A DNA stretch of 36,227 nt from Candidatus Bathyarchaeota archaeon (lineage in GTDB: Archaea; Thermoproteota; Bathyarchaeia; Bathyarchaeales; WUQV01), in contig WUQV01000308.1 of the NCBI GenBank assembly GCA_009889585.1, forward strand, positions 1 through 36,227. The letters are read 5' to 3'. The notes under the pieces were generated by a model. It searched no databases and had not been told where the DNA came from. It saw only the letters and a program-made list of their open reading frames with translations. This document shows positions 8,702-17,822 of the stretch, one piece after another (the first letter of the stretch is position 1; every line of letters begins with the position of its first letter). Position numbers and translations under genes: made by a program.

Positions 8702-9571
8702 TTGTCAAGCATGAAGCCTCAAATACAAAGGGTCGGCTTGATCTCTCGCACGGATTGGAAGGAGGCGTTAGACCTTTCGTTAAAGCTAATAGAGTGCTTA
8801 GGGCGAGGAGGGCTTCAAGTCCTCTTAGAGCCTGAGTTGGCTAAGTCGATCGGCCGCGAGGGCTTAGCCAAGCCGGTCGAAAAGATGAACGTCGACTTGG
8901 TGATCACGGTGGGCGGGGATGGAACCATTTTAAGGACTTGCCTTTCGCTTCCGAAGCCAGAGCCACCCATTCTATCCATTAACCTTGGGGTTCGAGGGTT
9001 CCTCGCCGAAGTCGAACCGGATGACGCGTTTAAAGCCTTAGACGAGTACCTATCCGGGAGGCTCGCGGTGGAACGCCGCCCGAGGTTAGCTTCTTTCATC
9101 GGGGAGGAACGGCTTCCAGACGCTTTAAACGAAGTCTTCGTCACGGCTGGCGCGCCTGCTAAGCTATTGCACGTTAAGGTTCGAAAGAATGGCGTAGAGG
9201 TCGACGAATGCTTAGCGGACGGCATCATCATCGCCTCTCAAGTCGGCTCGACCGGCTACTCCTTATCCGCCGGAGGCCCTGTGCTCGACCCGGAGTTAGA
9301 GGCTTTCGTCTTGACCCCGGTGTGCGCACTCGTCCCCTTCCGCCCGATAGTTTTCCCGTCGAAGTCCGTGCTAACGATAGAGCTCATCAGGCCGAGCCGA
9401 GCTTTAGTCGTCATAGACGGTCATTACCAACGTGAAATCGACTTAGGAGGACCTCCGCTTATCGTAACTAAGTCCGAGCGCGAGGCTCGTTTCGTCCAAT
9501 TTAAAAGGGACTTTTACGAACGGCTAAGGTCGAGGTTCCTATTCCGTGGGAGGAAGCTTAACGAGGCCTAA
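8702..9571 (+). CDS. nadK: NAD kinase
   Basis: VITVGGDGTILR and IIASQVGSTGYSLSAGGP motifs. The track start is TTG at 8702; the ATG at 8711 is the more likely start. Confidence 0.9.
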   Translation: MSSMKPQIQRVGLISRTDWKEALDLSLKLIECLGRGGLQVLLEPELAKSIGREGLAKPVEKMNVDLVITVGGDGTILRTCLSLPKPEPPILSINLGVRGFLAEVEPDDAFKALDEYLSGRLAVERRPRLASFIGEERLPDALNEVFVTAGAPAKLLHVKVRKNGVEVDECLADGIIIASQVGSTGYSLSAGGPVLDPELEAFVLTPVCALVPFRPIVFPSKSVLTIELIRPSRALVVIDGHYQREIDLGGPPLIVTKSEREARFVQFKRDFYERLRSRFLFRGRKLNEA

Positions 9572-10145
9572 GGAAGGGGCTTTCGTCTTAGATACGCCGG
9601 CCTTTCTCATCGGGTTAAATCCTTCCTCGATAGAGGGGGCTTACTCAGTTCCATCAGTTGAAGAAGAGCTGATCGTCGGCTCCTTGCCGTGGGTGAGGTT
9701 CCGCGCAGCGGCTGAAGGCGGGGGACTGAGGGTAAGGCCTCCTAAGGAGGCCTCGATAGCTAAAGTTGAAGAGCTTTCCAAGGCCTTAGGCGAAGTAACC
9801 TCCCTCTCTAAGGTCGACACTCACGTATTAGCCTTAGCCATAGAGCTGAAGGAAGAAGGCCGTTCGCCGACCGTAGTTACGGACGATTATGCCGTACAAA
9901 ACGTCGCGAGCCAAATGGGCATAAAGTTCACATCGTTAGTGACGCTCGGCATAAAGTTTCGCTTTAAGTGGACGGCGTACTGCCCGGCTTGTCGTAAAAG
10001 GTACCCAGCCGATCAAGGGCTTAAGGAGTGCAACGTTTGCGGGACGGAGTTAAAGCGTAAGCCCTTGAGGAGGAGGTCGGTCAAAAAGAGCTTCCATCAC
10101 GAAGTCGGCGATTCTTATTTGCCGCCGCCTACTTCGGATAGTTGA
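9546..10145 (+). CDS. nob1: Nob1-like endoribonuclease (PIN domain plus zinc ribbon) for 16S rRNA 3'-end maturation
   Basis: N-terminal PIN-like FVLDTPAFLIG and VVTDDYAVQNVA. C-terminal ribbon CPACRKRY...CNVCGTEL. The GTG start overlaps nadK by 26 nt, so the exact start is uncertain. Confidence 0.75.
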   Translation: MGGSLTRPKEGAFVLDTPAFLIGLNPSSIEGAYSVPSVEEELIVGSLPWVRFRAAAEGGGLRVRPPKEASIAKVEELSKALGEVTSLSKVDTHVLALAIELKEEGRSPTVVTDDYAVQNVASQMGIKFTSLVTLGIKFRFKWTAYCPACRKRYPADQGLKECNVCGTELKRKPLRRRSVKKSFHHEVGDSYLPPPTSDS

Positions 10146-10146
10146 A

Positions 10147-10755
10147 ATGGAGCGCTCTTACTCCGCCTTAGGCGAAGGCGTGCCCGAAGGGATATTGAAC
10201 TTCATGAAGCTAATCGGTAAGCTAAAGAAGACGAAGAGGGCTGGATGGGTTAGGGCTGGCGTTGAACGGCCTGAGTCCGTCGCTGATCATAGCTTCAGGT
10301 GCGCTGTATTCGCCATGGTGTTAAGCGACTTAATGGGGTTGAACGTGGAGAGAGCGGTTAAGATCGCGCTTTTACATGACGTACAAGAGGCCTTGATAGG
10401 GGATTACGATCGCCTTGCCAAAGAGGGCATCGGTACGAAGGCTGTAGAAAAGGCGGAGAGGGAAGCCATCGAGAGGGTTCTCTCGTATCTTCCCAACGGC
10501 TTAAGAGATGAGTACCTTAAGCTTTTGGTTGAGTTCATCGAACGACGGACGGAGGAAGCCGTGTTATGTAAACAAATCGATAAGATGGAGATGATTTTAC
10601 AAGCATTAGAATATGAGGAGGATGGTTGCAGCGAGGAGCGCTTGCAAGAATTTTGGAGTAATGTTGAAAGCGAACTCGGCCATCCTTATTTAAAGATTAT
10701 GTTTAAAGTGCTAAGGAACGAGAAAGACAAGCTACAGGTGGTTAAGTCCACCTGA
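10147..10755 (+). CDS. HD-domain phosphohydrolase (YfbR/HDDC2-like 5'-nucleotidase family)
   Basis: ESVADHSFRCA and LLHDVQEALIGD give the H...HD...D pattern. 202 aa. Confidence 0.85.
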   Translation: MERSYSALGEGVPEGILNFMKLIGKLKKTKRAGWVRAGVERPESVADHSFRCAVFAMVLSDLMGLNVERAVKIALLHDVQEALIGDYDRLAKEGIGTKAVEKAEREAIERVLSYLPNGLRDEYLKLLVEFIERRTEEAVLCKQIDKMEMILQALEYEEDGCSEERLQEFWSNVESELGHPYLKIMFKVLRNEKDKLQVVKST

Positions 10756-11060
10756 GTTAACTCACCTACTTTAGTATCCGTTGTACATCAATTTATATTG
10801 ATAATGAAAATTTAAACTCTTGTGTACAATTAAATCGCTACATTCGCTCTTTAGTTTAACCCATTGACGCTTGGGAGCCGCAATAAATCAGGCCTACTGA
10901 CCGAGCTGGCCCACGCTAGCTACGCAGGGACGTAAAACGTTTGCCGAGGCTTACGGACGCCGAAGGGCTTCGTTCGTTTCTTTAAGAAGGGGTAAACGAA
11001 GCATCGTCATGAAAGCAAATCTTAAATGGAAGAATTTACGCCGTCAATTCGGGTATACGA

Positions 11061-11801
11061 TTGGGCAGCTATGAGCATCTTGAAAAGGCGATAAACGAGT
11101 TGCTAAGGCTTGACGAATTCCCCATCGGATGGAAGTTCGTTAAAGATGAAAGCGAATTAACTGGGGTTGCCTTGGTGAAGAAGAAGGTCTATTCTTGTCA
11201 AATGTTGAAGATCGCTAGCCAAGGGGGCTACGTTCATGCGGCGACTGAAAACGAGCTTTCCTGTCGTCATGAAAGGTATATCTTCGGCATGGAGCCTCTT
11301 CAAGATAAACATTTAGAAATACAAATGAAGTATGCGAAAACAAAGGACGTAGCTGAGAAATGGTTCTTAGAAAGAGCACCTAAAACGAAGTGTAAGGGCA
11401 TCATGGTAGGGCCGCTTGGTAAGGTGACTTTTACACCTGACTTGATCGTTTTGATAGTTAACGCTTGGCAAGCGACGCGATGCATCCATGCCTACCTACA
11501 TGAAAGCGGAGAGGATTTTCAGTTCGTGATCGGCCCCAGCGCCATACCTTGCGCATACGGCGCCGTATACGTGTATAACACGGGCAAGCCGAACTTAGTA
11601 ACAGCATGCTCTGGAGCAAGAGCTTACGGGAAGTTTGAGAAGAACGACTTAAGCTTCTTCATGCCATTTCAAGACGTGGACAAATTCGTAGAGGGATTAA
11701 GAGAGACGCATAGAAAGGGGGTGACCGTGCCCCTTTTACTCGACCTTGGGTTCCCACCGAGGCCGGCGAAAAGCGTCTTCGAAAGGGATAGGGCGACATA
11801 A
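11061..11801 (+). CDS. DUF169-family protein (COG2043)
   Basis: 246 aa. The N-terminal EFPIGWKFVKDE and overall size resemble DUF169. From memory only. TTG start. Confidence 0.6.
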   Translation: MGSYEHLEKAINELLRLDEFPIGWKFVKDESELTGVALVKKKVYSCQMLKIASQGGYVHAATENELSCRHERYIFGMEPLQDKHLEIQMKYAKTKDVAEKWFLERAPKTKCKGIMVGPLGKVTFTPDLIVLIVNAWQATRCIHAYLHESGEDFQFVIGPSAIPCAYGAVYVYNTGKPNLVTACSGARAYGKFEKNDLSFFMPFQDVDKFVEGLRETHRKGVTVPLLLDLGFPPRPAKSVFERDRAT

Positions 11802-11832
11802 AGCGCGGTTTGCCAGAGACGCTTTCGCTTAA

Positions 11833-11967
11833 TGGCGCCGGGGAGGGGATTCGAACCCCTGAGGGCCAGGGGCCCACTGGATCCCACGTCTTAACGGGCC
11901 CCTTAGGCGTCGGATCTCGAGTCCGGCCTTAAGGCGTCCAGCGCATTCGCCGCTCTGCCACCCCGGC
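11833..11967 (-). tRNA. tRNA-Ser (anticodon CGA), class II with a long variable arm, genomically encoded CCA, and 48 nt of intervening sequence in the anticodon arm
   Basis: Minus-strand read: acceptor GCCGGGG/CCCCGGC, discriminator G, CCA. D arm GCA-GAGCGGCGAA-TGC. Anticodon stem CTGGA...TCCAG separated by 55 nt that contains CTCGAGA. Variable arm GGGCC-CCT-GGCCC. T arm AGGGG-TTCGAAT-CCCCT. Confidence 0.8.
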
Positions 11968-12004
11968 GCAAGCGTGAACCGTCAACGTTTTCCGCGCACT
12001 TAAG

Positions 12005-13003
12005 TTAAGCGGGCAACTTAGGTGCGGCTAAGTCCGCTATGTCTACGCTATGTTCATAAATGCGGCTCATTGATAGGACGGCAATGTTAACGTGAGGCGC
12101 TACGCTTTCGAACTGAGGGCCTAAGGCCCTATTGATCTCCGAGGCTAATCCATAAACTTTGTCGTGCATCTTGCGAACGGATTCAGCCGTGGGGATGTCG
12201 CGCATGAATAAAGCTTTTATGGCGGTCTCATGAGCCTCATAGGCGATTATGTGAAGATTTAAAAGCAACCCGCTAACATCCTTAGGCAGCTTAATTCCAC
12301 CTAGCTTTACAGCTTCGAAGGCTACGCGGGCTGATTGATCGCCTATGGACTCAACTAAGCTGCCGGCGAGCCTGTAATCAAGGCAATCGAGCGGCCGGAC
12401 GCCTAACTTATCGCCCAAGCGAGGATCTTGAAGTATCGTCCTTAAGATGCGAGTGAGGAGGAAGTAAAGGCGGTCGACATCGTCGTCCCTAACGATTACT
12501 TCCTCGGCCAAGCGAACGTCGCCTTCCACGAGGGCTGCTACGGCGTCTTTATGCATTCCAGCGGCGATGGAATACCCCCTCTTAAGTATCCCCTCGGGCG
12601 GGAAGGACAAAGGCTCCAAGAGGCATTGTAAAGTTACGCGGGAGACGTCCTCCTCCACGACCTCCAAGCCTATTAAGCGGCTCGCAGCCCTTTTGGCTCG
12701 TTCCCTATCCTCAGGCTTTATCCGATCCCTAGCCTCAACGCGGATGATATCGTAACCAAGCAAGTAGCTCCCGACGATCTCTTGGCCTAGGTAAGGGCCC
12801 GGCTTTACGGACACGGCCTTATGGGCTCTTTTCACTTCGTACATCGGGTCGACTATGAGGCGTCCATCCGCCGTCTCGTTAACCGCTACGATCGAACCGC
12901 GATCGAGCCCTCTCCGTTCAGCCCAACCCTTTGGTAAGCAGACGAAGAAAGTCCCGCCAGCTGTCCTCTGGATCCTACGGAGCTCTACCTTCGACCCTCG
13001 CAT
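12005..13003 (-). CDS. PhoU-family regulator with an N-terminal AbrB/SpoVT-like DNA-binding domain
   Basis: N-terminus RRIQRTAGGTFFVCLPKGWAERRGLDRGSIVAV...GRLIVDP is AbrB-like. The rest is helical with the repeated PhoU-like architecture. 332 aa. Confidence 0.75.
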   Translation of the reverse strand: MRGSKVELRRIQRTAGGTFFVCLPKGWAERRGLDRGSIVAVNETADGRLIVDPMYEVKRAHKAVSVKPGPYLGQEIVGSYLLGYDIIRVEARDRIKPEDRERAKRAASRLIGLEVVEEDVSRVTLQCLLEPLSFPPEGILKRGYSIAAGMHKDAVAALVEGDVRLAEEVIVRDDDVDRLYFLLTRILRTILQDPRLGDKLGVRPLDCLDYRLAGSLVESIGDQSARVAFEAVKLGGIKLPKDVSGLLLNLHIIAYEAHETAIKALFMRDIPTAESVRKMHDKVYGLASEINRALGPQFESVAPHVNIAVLSMSRIYEHSVDIADLAAPKLPA

Positions 13004-13245
13004 CGGTTTATCAAAAACGAGGATCGATATATTAAGTTTAAAGAATTTAATGAAATATGTATTGAGCCTAGCTCCCGTTTAAACATCAAACTAGGATCGA
13101 CCGATCGATGAAGGGCTTGCGAAACGTCTGAAGCCTCCTTGAAAGGCTTAAAGAGCTGACGTTCGCGAACTTCATCTGAAGAGCGCTGCTTAAGCCGTAA
13201 GGCGAGTTGCCCTAATTACAAATGTTTGATTATCGAGGCTAATCC

Positions 13246-14760
13246 TTGACCTCAAGTGAAGATGAAAGGTTACGGAAGGCAGTGTTGCTCGCCGTAGCCG
13301 CCGGATTTCAGCTCGATAAGGAGGCCTTCGACCTCCTCAGCTCCTTACAACAAACATTAGATCCTGTCGAGTTAATGGAGAGAGCCATCAAGTATGCTAA
13401 AGACGCACCGAAGGGACTTTTGTTCATCGAACGAGGCCTCTTAGAGAGGGTTGTTAAGGAGTACGCTCAACCATCGATCATACGCGAATCTAAGAGGGTG
13501 TTTCGAGCGCATGCACGGGATGTTAGCCCTAACGTAGAGGTTATCGAGGATCCAGCTAGCAAAATCCGTACGACTGGCTCAGTTGATGGCTACGTGAAGT
13601 ACTTTCGAAATAGGTTCGATAAGCTCCAACGTATATTAAAACAACGAATCGAAGTTAGAGATGCTGTAACAGTCATAGAGGCCCTTCGAGCGCCTATAGG
13701 TGCTAAGCTTAAGGTTTTAGGCATGCTTACGGAGAAGAAGGAGACGAAAAGGAGCATATTATTAAAGGTCGAGGACCTTCATGCTGATGCATTAGTTCTC
13801 GTCCTCCGTAACGCAAAGGAATTGGTCGAGAAGGCTTACGCGTTGCTTTTAGATCAAGTCGTTTGCATTAGCGCGATTAAGGGCAAGAACGATCTATTGA
13901 TAGCAGATGACTTTATTTGGCCTGAGTTGCCTCAAAGATCTCCTCGAACTGCCTCGGAAGCCGTGTACGTAGCTTTAACCTCGGACCTACACGTCGGAAG
14001 CCGCATGTTCATGCGCGAGGAGTTTGAAAGGTTCATCCTTTGGCTCAACGGGGAGTACGGAAGCCCGTGGATGAGGGAGGTCGCAAGTCGAGTTAAGTAC
14101 TTAATTATAGCTGGCGACATCGCCGACGGAGTCGGCGTATACCCGAAGCAGATGAAGGAGTTAGAGGTTCGAGATGCCTACGAGCAGTACGAAATGGCTT
14201 CGAAGTTCTTCGAACGAATCCCCGATTACATCGAAGTTATCGTCGTGCCTGGCAACCACGATGCATGTAGAAAGGCATTGCCTCAACCCGCTCTCTTGAA
14301 GGATTACGCGGAGCCGATTTACGAGGCAAGGAGCATCCTATCCTTAGGGAACCCATGTTCGATCGGCTTACACGGCGTTGAATTCCTCGTTTACCATGGG
14401 AGGAGCTTGGACGATGTCATTGCCTCCGTCCCAGGCCTCGGCTTCGACAGCCCGGAGAAGGCCATGCGCTTGTTATTACGTTGTAGGCACTTGGCCCCGA
14501 TTTACGGCCGGAAGACGCCAATAGCTCCGGAGCCTTACGACTTCCTTATCGTCGAAAGGGTTCCCGATGTCTTCCACGCTGGCCACGTGCACGTCATGAA
14601 GCACGAGGTCTACAGAGGGACGACTATCGTGAACTCAGGGACGTGGCAAAGGCAGACGGCGTATCAAAGGGAGATGGGCTTAATCCCTACACCTGGAGTT
14701 ATTCCGATTGTGAACCTTCAGACGTTAGAAGTTATGCCGCTTTACTTTCAATCCCCTTAA
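13246..14760 (+). CDS. dp1: DNA polymerase II (PolD) small subunit DP1
   Basis: Calcineurin-like phosphoesterase motifs LTSDLHVGS, IIAGDIADG, VVPGNHD and HAGHVH. 504 aa. TTG start. Confidence 0.93.
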   Translation: MTSSEDERLRKAVLLAVAAGFQLDKEAFDLLSSLQQTLDPVELMERAIKYAKDAPKGLLFIERGLLERVVKEYAQPSIIRESKRVFRAHARDVSPNVEVIEDPASKIRTTGSVDGYVKYFRNRFDKLQRILKQRIEVRDAVTVIEALRAPIGAKLKVLGMLTEKKETKRSILLKVEDLHADALVLVLRNAKELVEKAYALLLDQVVCISAIKGKNDLLIADDFIWPELPQRSPRTASEAVYVALTSDLHVGSRMFMREEFERFILWLNGEYGSPWMREVASRVKYLIIAGDIADGVGVYPKQMKELEVRDAYEQYEMASKFFERIPDYIEVIVVPGNHDACRKALPQPALLKDYAEPIYEARSILSLGNPCSIGLHGVEFLVYHGRSLDDVIASVPGLGFDSPEKAMRLLLRCRHLAPIYGRKTPIAPEPYDFLIVERVPDVFHAGHVHVMKHEVYRGTTIVNSGTWQRQTAYQREMGLIPTPGVIPIVNLQTLEVMPLYFQSP

Positions 14761-14960
14761 CGAAAATTCCCGACCCCTTCTCATGGCCTTTTCGTTAAGT
14801 CGAAGTCCAACGTTAAAGCTTGCTTTCTCTTCAGAAGCCGGAGCCCTGCGAGCTTCCGATGGTCCTTTCCGAAGGGAAGCCTTAAGTCCTGTGTTCACGC
14901 TCAGCATGTCGTCGTTTTGCAGCTGTTATAGGAAGGCGAAGGCTTAAATACCTCGCCAAA

Positions 14961-15470
14961 TTGAGAAAACGTGAAATGTCCGAGGAAACCTTTATAGAAA
15001 GAGTATTTAGAAGCGCTATCTACTGGATAGTAACGATGATCGCATTAGCGTCATTTTTATTGGCACTTTATAATATCATAAAAGACCTCTCATTGACCTT
15101 AGATATTACGACCGTCTTCTTCATAGTTATTGTGATGATCTTATTACGCTCCTTACAATCGGGGTTAACGGCTATAGAGAGGAGGATAATAAGAGGGTTT
15201 GAAAATTTGATCATTGAAATAGGGAAGCTAAGCGGAGGTCGAAGCTCAAATCCGGAGAGGAAGGAGGAAAGGAGGGAGGAAATAATGACTTCTGGAGGGG
15301 GAGCGTTCGCTGGTATGGTGATAGGTGGCGCAATAGGGTTGTTATTCGGCCCCGTTGGCGTCGTTATAGGAGGCATTATTGGGGCAATATTAGGGAATCA
15401 AGCCGAATATGAAGCTATAAAGGCAGAAAGGGAGAGAAGGATGAAGAAGGAAGTAGCTGCTAAGCGATAG
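14961..15470 (+). CDS. Membrane protein with N-terminal TM helices and a C-terminal glycine-zipper helix
   Basis: Hydrophobic segments IYWIVTMIALASFLLALY, TTVFFIVIVMILL and GAFAGMVIGGAIGLLFGPVGVVIGGIIGAILG. The likely true start is the ATG at 14976. No family recognised. Confidence 0.5.
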   Translation: MRKREMSEETFIERVFRSAIYWIVTMIALASFLLALYNIIKDLSLTLDITTVFFIVIVMILLRSLQSGLTAIERRIIRGFENLIIEIGKLSGGRSSNPERKEERREEIMTSGGGAFAGMVIGGAIGLLFGPVGVVIGGIIGAILGNQAEYEAIKAERERRMKKEVAAKR

Positions 15471-15542
15471 ATGGTCTTTCCTCTAGCTTCTGCCTTTTAT
15501 TAAGGATGGGCTAGGCGAGAAGCATAGCGCTGTTAGAATATT

Positions 15543-16175
15543 TTAACAACCTAGTAAGGGATTAACCTCTTTAGAACTCAGGGTCCTGCTGTTGTCACAC
15601 ACTTTGTAGATAGTGGATAAACACTTAGCTATTAGCCTGGCAACTCGAATTGGCTCAGGAACCCTGCAACAAGCGATCGAGGAGCGTATCACTTGAAGCG
15701 CCCAACCGACATCGGCGCCGACAACCTCCATGTAGAGAGGGGGCTCATGTGGAATCGAGATGACTTCGTAGATCGAGCCGAGCTTTTCAAACACCGCCCA
15801 TCTGACCCGCCAATCCTTAAAATGCCCTAACAAGGCCGCCTTAACGGCTGCGTTATCGGGCTTCGTCCTCGTCACTATTATCACGGGCTTCTCAAAGGCC
15901 TTGAATACGGACGTAGGGTCGATTAGGTTGAAGCCTGCGAAGGAGACGCCAGCGAGCATCACTGCGTCGAAATCCCAGCCCTTCAACATTATCAAAAGCT
16001 TCTCCGTGGCGTCCAACCCATCGACCGTTATCTCCTCCACTTTAACGTCGTCTATGCTCAACCCTTCCATCAGAACGGCTACGAACAAGGCCTTGTCGGT
16101 TCGATAGACGCCCTCCTTAGAGAATCCTCCGTCCTCAACTCCGACGAGTCGAAGCCGCCAGGCATCGTGGAACAT
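15543..16175 (-). CDS. DUF99/UPF0215-family protein (endonuclease V-like fold)
   Basis: N-terminal RLVGVEDGGF and the 210-aa size match the archaeal UPF0215 family as I remember it. The start overlaps orc1/cdc6 by 41 nt. Confidence 0.65.
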   Translation of the reverse strand: MFHDAWRLRLVGVEDGGFSKEGVYRTDKALFVAVLMEGLSIDDVKVEEITVDGLDATEKLLIMLKGWDFDAVMLAGVSFAGFNLIDPTSVFKAFEKPVIIVTRTKPDNAAVKAALLGHFKDWRVRWAVFEKLGSIYEVISIPHEPPLYMEVVGADVGWALQVIRSSIACCRVPEPIRVARLIAKCLSTIYKVCDNSRTLSSKEVNPLLGC

Positions 16176-17382
16176 GATCGATCAAGCGCTTAAGGCGTTC
16201 ATCTTCAGCGAATGCCTCCTTAATAACGCTACGGCCGACGCCTAAGCGAATCCTCCTCGTGCGCCCATATCGACCCATGCTGATGACGTTAGAGCTTAAC
16301 AAGCCGATGACGTCAAGCTCGTTAAGCAAGCTGCTGACGCGCCGCTGGGTCAAAGGTTCCAACCCCACCTCCTTGCAAAGCTCGCAGTAGATACCGTAGA
16401 TATCCCCCGTCGTGGCTCGGCTTGAGTCGACCTTGGCGAGTAAGTATGCGCTGCATAAGACGAGCTTCGAGTGCAATGGGAGGTTGCGAACGGCCTCGAT
16501 CACGCGATCGTGCTCAATACGCCTTTCTGCCAACCGCACGTGCTCCTCCGTCACTAAGTTAGCTCCTTCTCGCTCGGCGAGCTCGCCCGCCACGCGTAAA
16601 AGGTCTAACGCACGACGAGCATCGCCGTGTTCAGCTGCCGCTAATGCAGCGCAAAGGTTCAAAGCCCCTTCTAAGAGGGCTCCTTCTTGAAATGCCAACT
16701 TCGCGCGCTCTTGAAGTATGTCCCGTAGCTCAGCGGCGTTATAAGGCTTGAAGACTATTTCCTCCTCGCTTAAGGAGCTTAAGACGCGCGGGTCGAGCAA
16801 TTCCTTAAACCGTAGGTCGTTCGAGATTCCGATGATGGAAACCCTACTTCCTTGAAGCGATTCGTTAACCCTCGTTAATTCGTAAAGCGAGGTATCCCCG
16901 CATTCCTTAACCAGGTAGTCGATTTCATCCAATACGATGAGCAAGGAAGACCTTTGGGAGTTCAAACCGTCCTTCAATCGTTCGAAGATTTCGCCGGTGG
17001 CCAGCCCGGTGAAGGGAACTTTAACGTCGACGGCTGAACATAAGCTTGAGAGAACTCGATACTCGGTCCCTGCTAAGCGGCAGTTTACGTAACAAGATCG
17101 AACTGGAGCCTTAAGCTCACGGGATTTATTCATTAACCTTTCCAATACGTACTTAACGGCAGCAGTCTTCCCCGTGCCAGTCTTCCCATATATGAATAAG
17201 TTAGAGCATTTATAGCTTTTCAAAGCTGGCGCTATGACTTCTACTATTCGATGTATTTCTTCTTCCCTATGAGGTAGCTTATTAGGTATATAATGATGTT
17301 GTAGCACCTCTCTATCTCTAAATATCCTAGATTGATTTAACATACGTTCAAAGATGCTATCTAATGCGTCTTTTTGTTGCAC
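16135..17382 (-). CDS. orc1: Orc1/Cdc6 replication initiator
   Basis: Walker A GKTGTGKTA, Walker B LLIVLDEIDYL, a sensor region, and a C-terminal winged helix. 415 aa. Adjacent to ORB repeats. Confidence 0.97.
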   Translation of the reverse strand: MQQKDALDSIFERMLNQSRIFRDREVLQHHYIPNKLPHREEEIHRIVEVIAPALKSYKCSNLFIYGKTGTGKTAAVKYVLERLMNKSRELKAPVRSCYVNCRLAGTEYRVLSSLCSAVDVKVPFTGLATGEIFERLKDGLNSQRSSLLIVLDEIDYLVKECGDTSLYELTRVNESLQGSRVSIIGISNDLRFKELLDPRVLSSLSEEEIVFKPYNAAELRDILQERAKLAFQEGALLEGALNLCAALAAAEHGDARRALDLLRVAGELAEREGANLVTEEHVRLAERRIEHDRVIEAVRNLPLHSKLVLCSAYLLAKVDSSRATTGDIYGIYCELCKEVGLEPLTQRRVSSLLNELDVIGLLSSNVISMGRYGRTRRIRLGVGRSVIKEAFAEDERLKRLIDHVPRCLAASTRRS

Positions 17383-17510
17383 GTTGAACGTCTACCTCTA
17401 ACGATTGCGCGTTATACGATGGCGCTGGATTAGATAAATAAGTCGTACAAAGCCGTTGGGAGGATCGTAAGATAGTTTAAAGCGGGGCGAGATATAACCC
17501 CCTGGAGGCG

Positions 17511-17535
17511 CGCACCCCTTTGTTTCCTATGGAAC
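17511..17535 (-). promoter_or_regulatory. ORB1 (origin recognition box)
   Basis: Reverse complement reads gttccataggaaacaaaggggtgcg. 21/25 identical to ORB2. Confidence 0.8.
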
Positions 17536-17608
17536 CATAAAAAGAAGCCCGATTAAAGGTTCTAAGAGCTCAAGCTTAAAGCGATAGCGTTAAAAAGCTA
17601 CTCGAAGG

Positions 17609-17630
17609 TTATTTTAAAAAATAATATAAC
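17609..17630. other. A/T-rich candidate duplex unwinding element
   Basis: ttattttaaaaaataatataac has 1 G/C in 22 nt. It lies between the inverted boxes ORB1 and ORB2. Confidence 0.65.
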
Positions 17631-17655
17631 GATCCACAGGAAATGAAGGGGTGCG
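17631..17655 (+). promoter_or_regulatory. ORB2 (origin recognition box)
   Basis: gatccacaggaaatgaaggggtgcg matches the remembered archaeal ORB core (TCCAnnGGAAA plus a G-string). Confidence 0.8.
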
Positions 17656-17797
17656 GCCCTTCGATGGAGAAAACATCCCTTTGGCCAACGTTAAAGTGGT
17701 TGTTTGTGAAGTTCTTGTGAAGTTAACTCGTTAATTGCCTCCTCAAGCCCGTGGCCGAGCCGATTTTCACTTTTTTGCCTTCACTAAGCGTAAAGCT

Positions 17798-17822
17798 CGT
17801 ACCCCTTCGTTTCCGATGGAAG
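17798..17822 (-). promoter_or_regulatory. ORB3 (origin recognition box)
   Basis: Reverse complement reads cttccatcggaaacgaaggggtacg. Confidence 0.8.

Larger units (their letters stand above)
17511..17822. other. Predicted chromosomal replication origin (oriC): three ORB boxes plus an A/T-rich unwinding element
   Basis: Three 25-bp boxes share the consensus tTCCAynGGAAAyrAAGGGGTrCG. Two inverted boxes flank a 97-bp spacer ending in ttattttaaaaaataatataac. The region lies directly upstream of orc1/cdc6. Confidence 0.85.

Noticed and set aside
10782-10828. Inverted repeat ATCAAT-TTAT-ATTGAT flanked by two TGTACA sites downstream of the HD gene
   Set aside because: These are short A/T-rich palindromes in an A/T-rich spacer, so they are likely to occur by chance. 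The site is about 230 bp from the next start codon.
11659-11887. Two 72-aa minus-strand ORFs overlapping the DUF169 3' end and the tRNA
   Set aside because: They overlap a well-formed tRNA gene and a supported CDS, and their composition is not protein-like.
17658-17680. Possible fourth ORB (ttcgatggagaaaacatccc)
   Set aside because: It shares only a loose resemblance to the TCCAnnGGAAA core, lacks the G-string, and aligns poorly with the three clear boxes.
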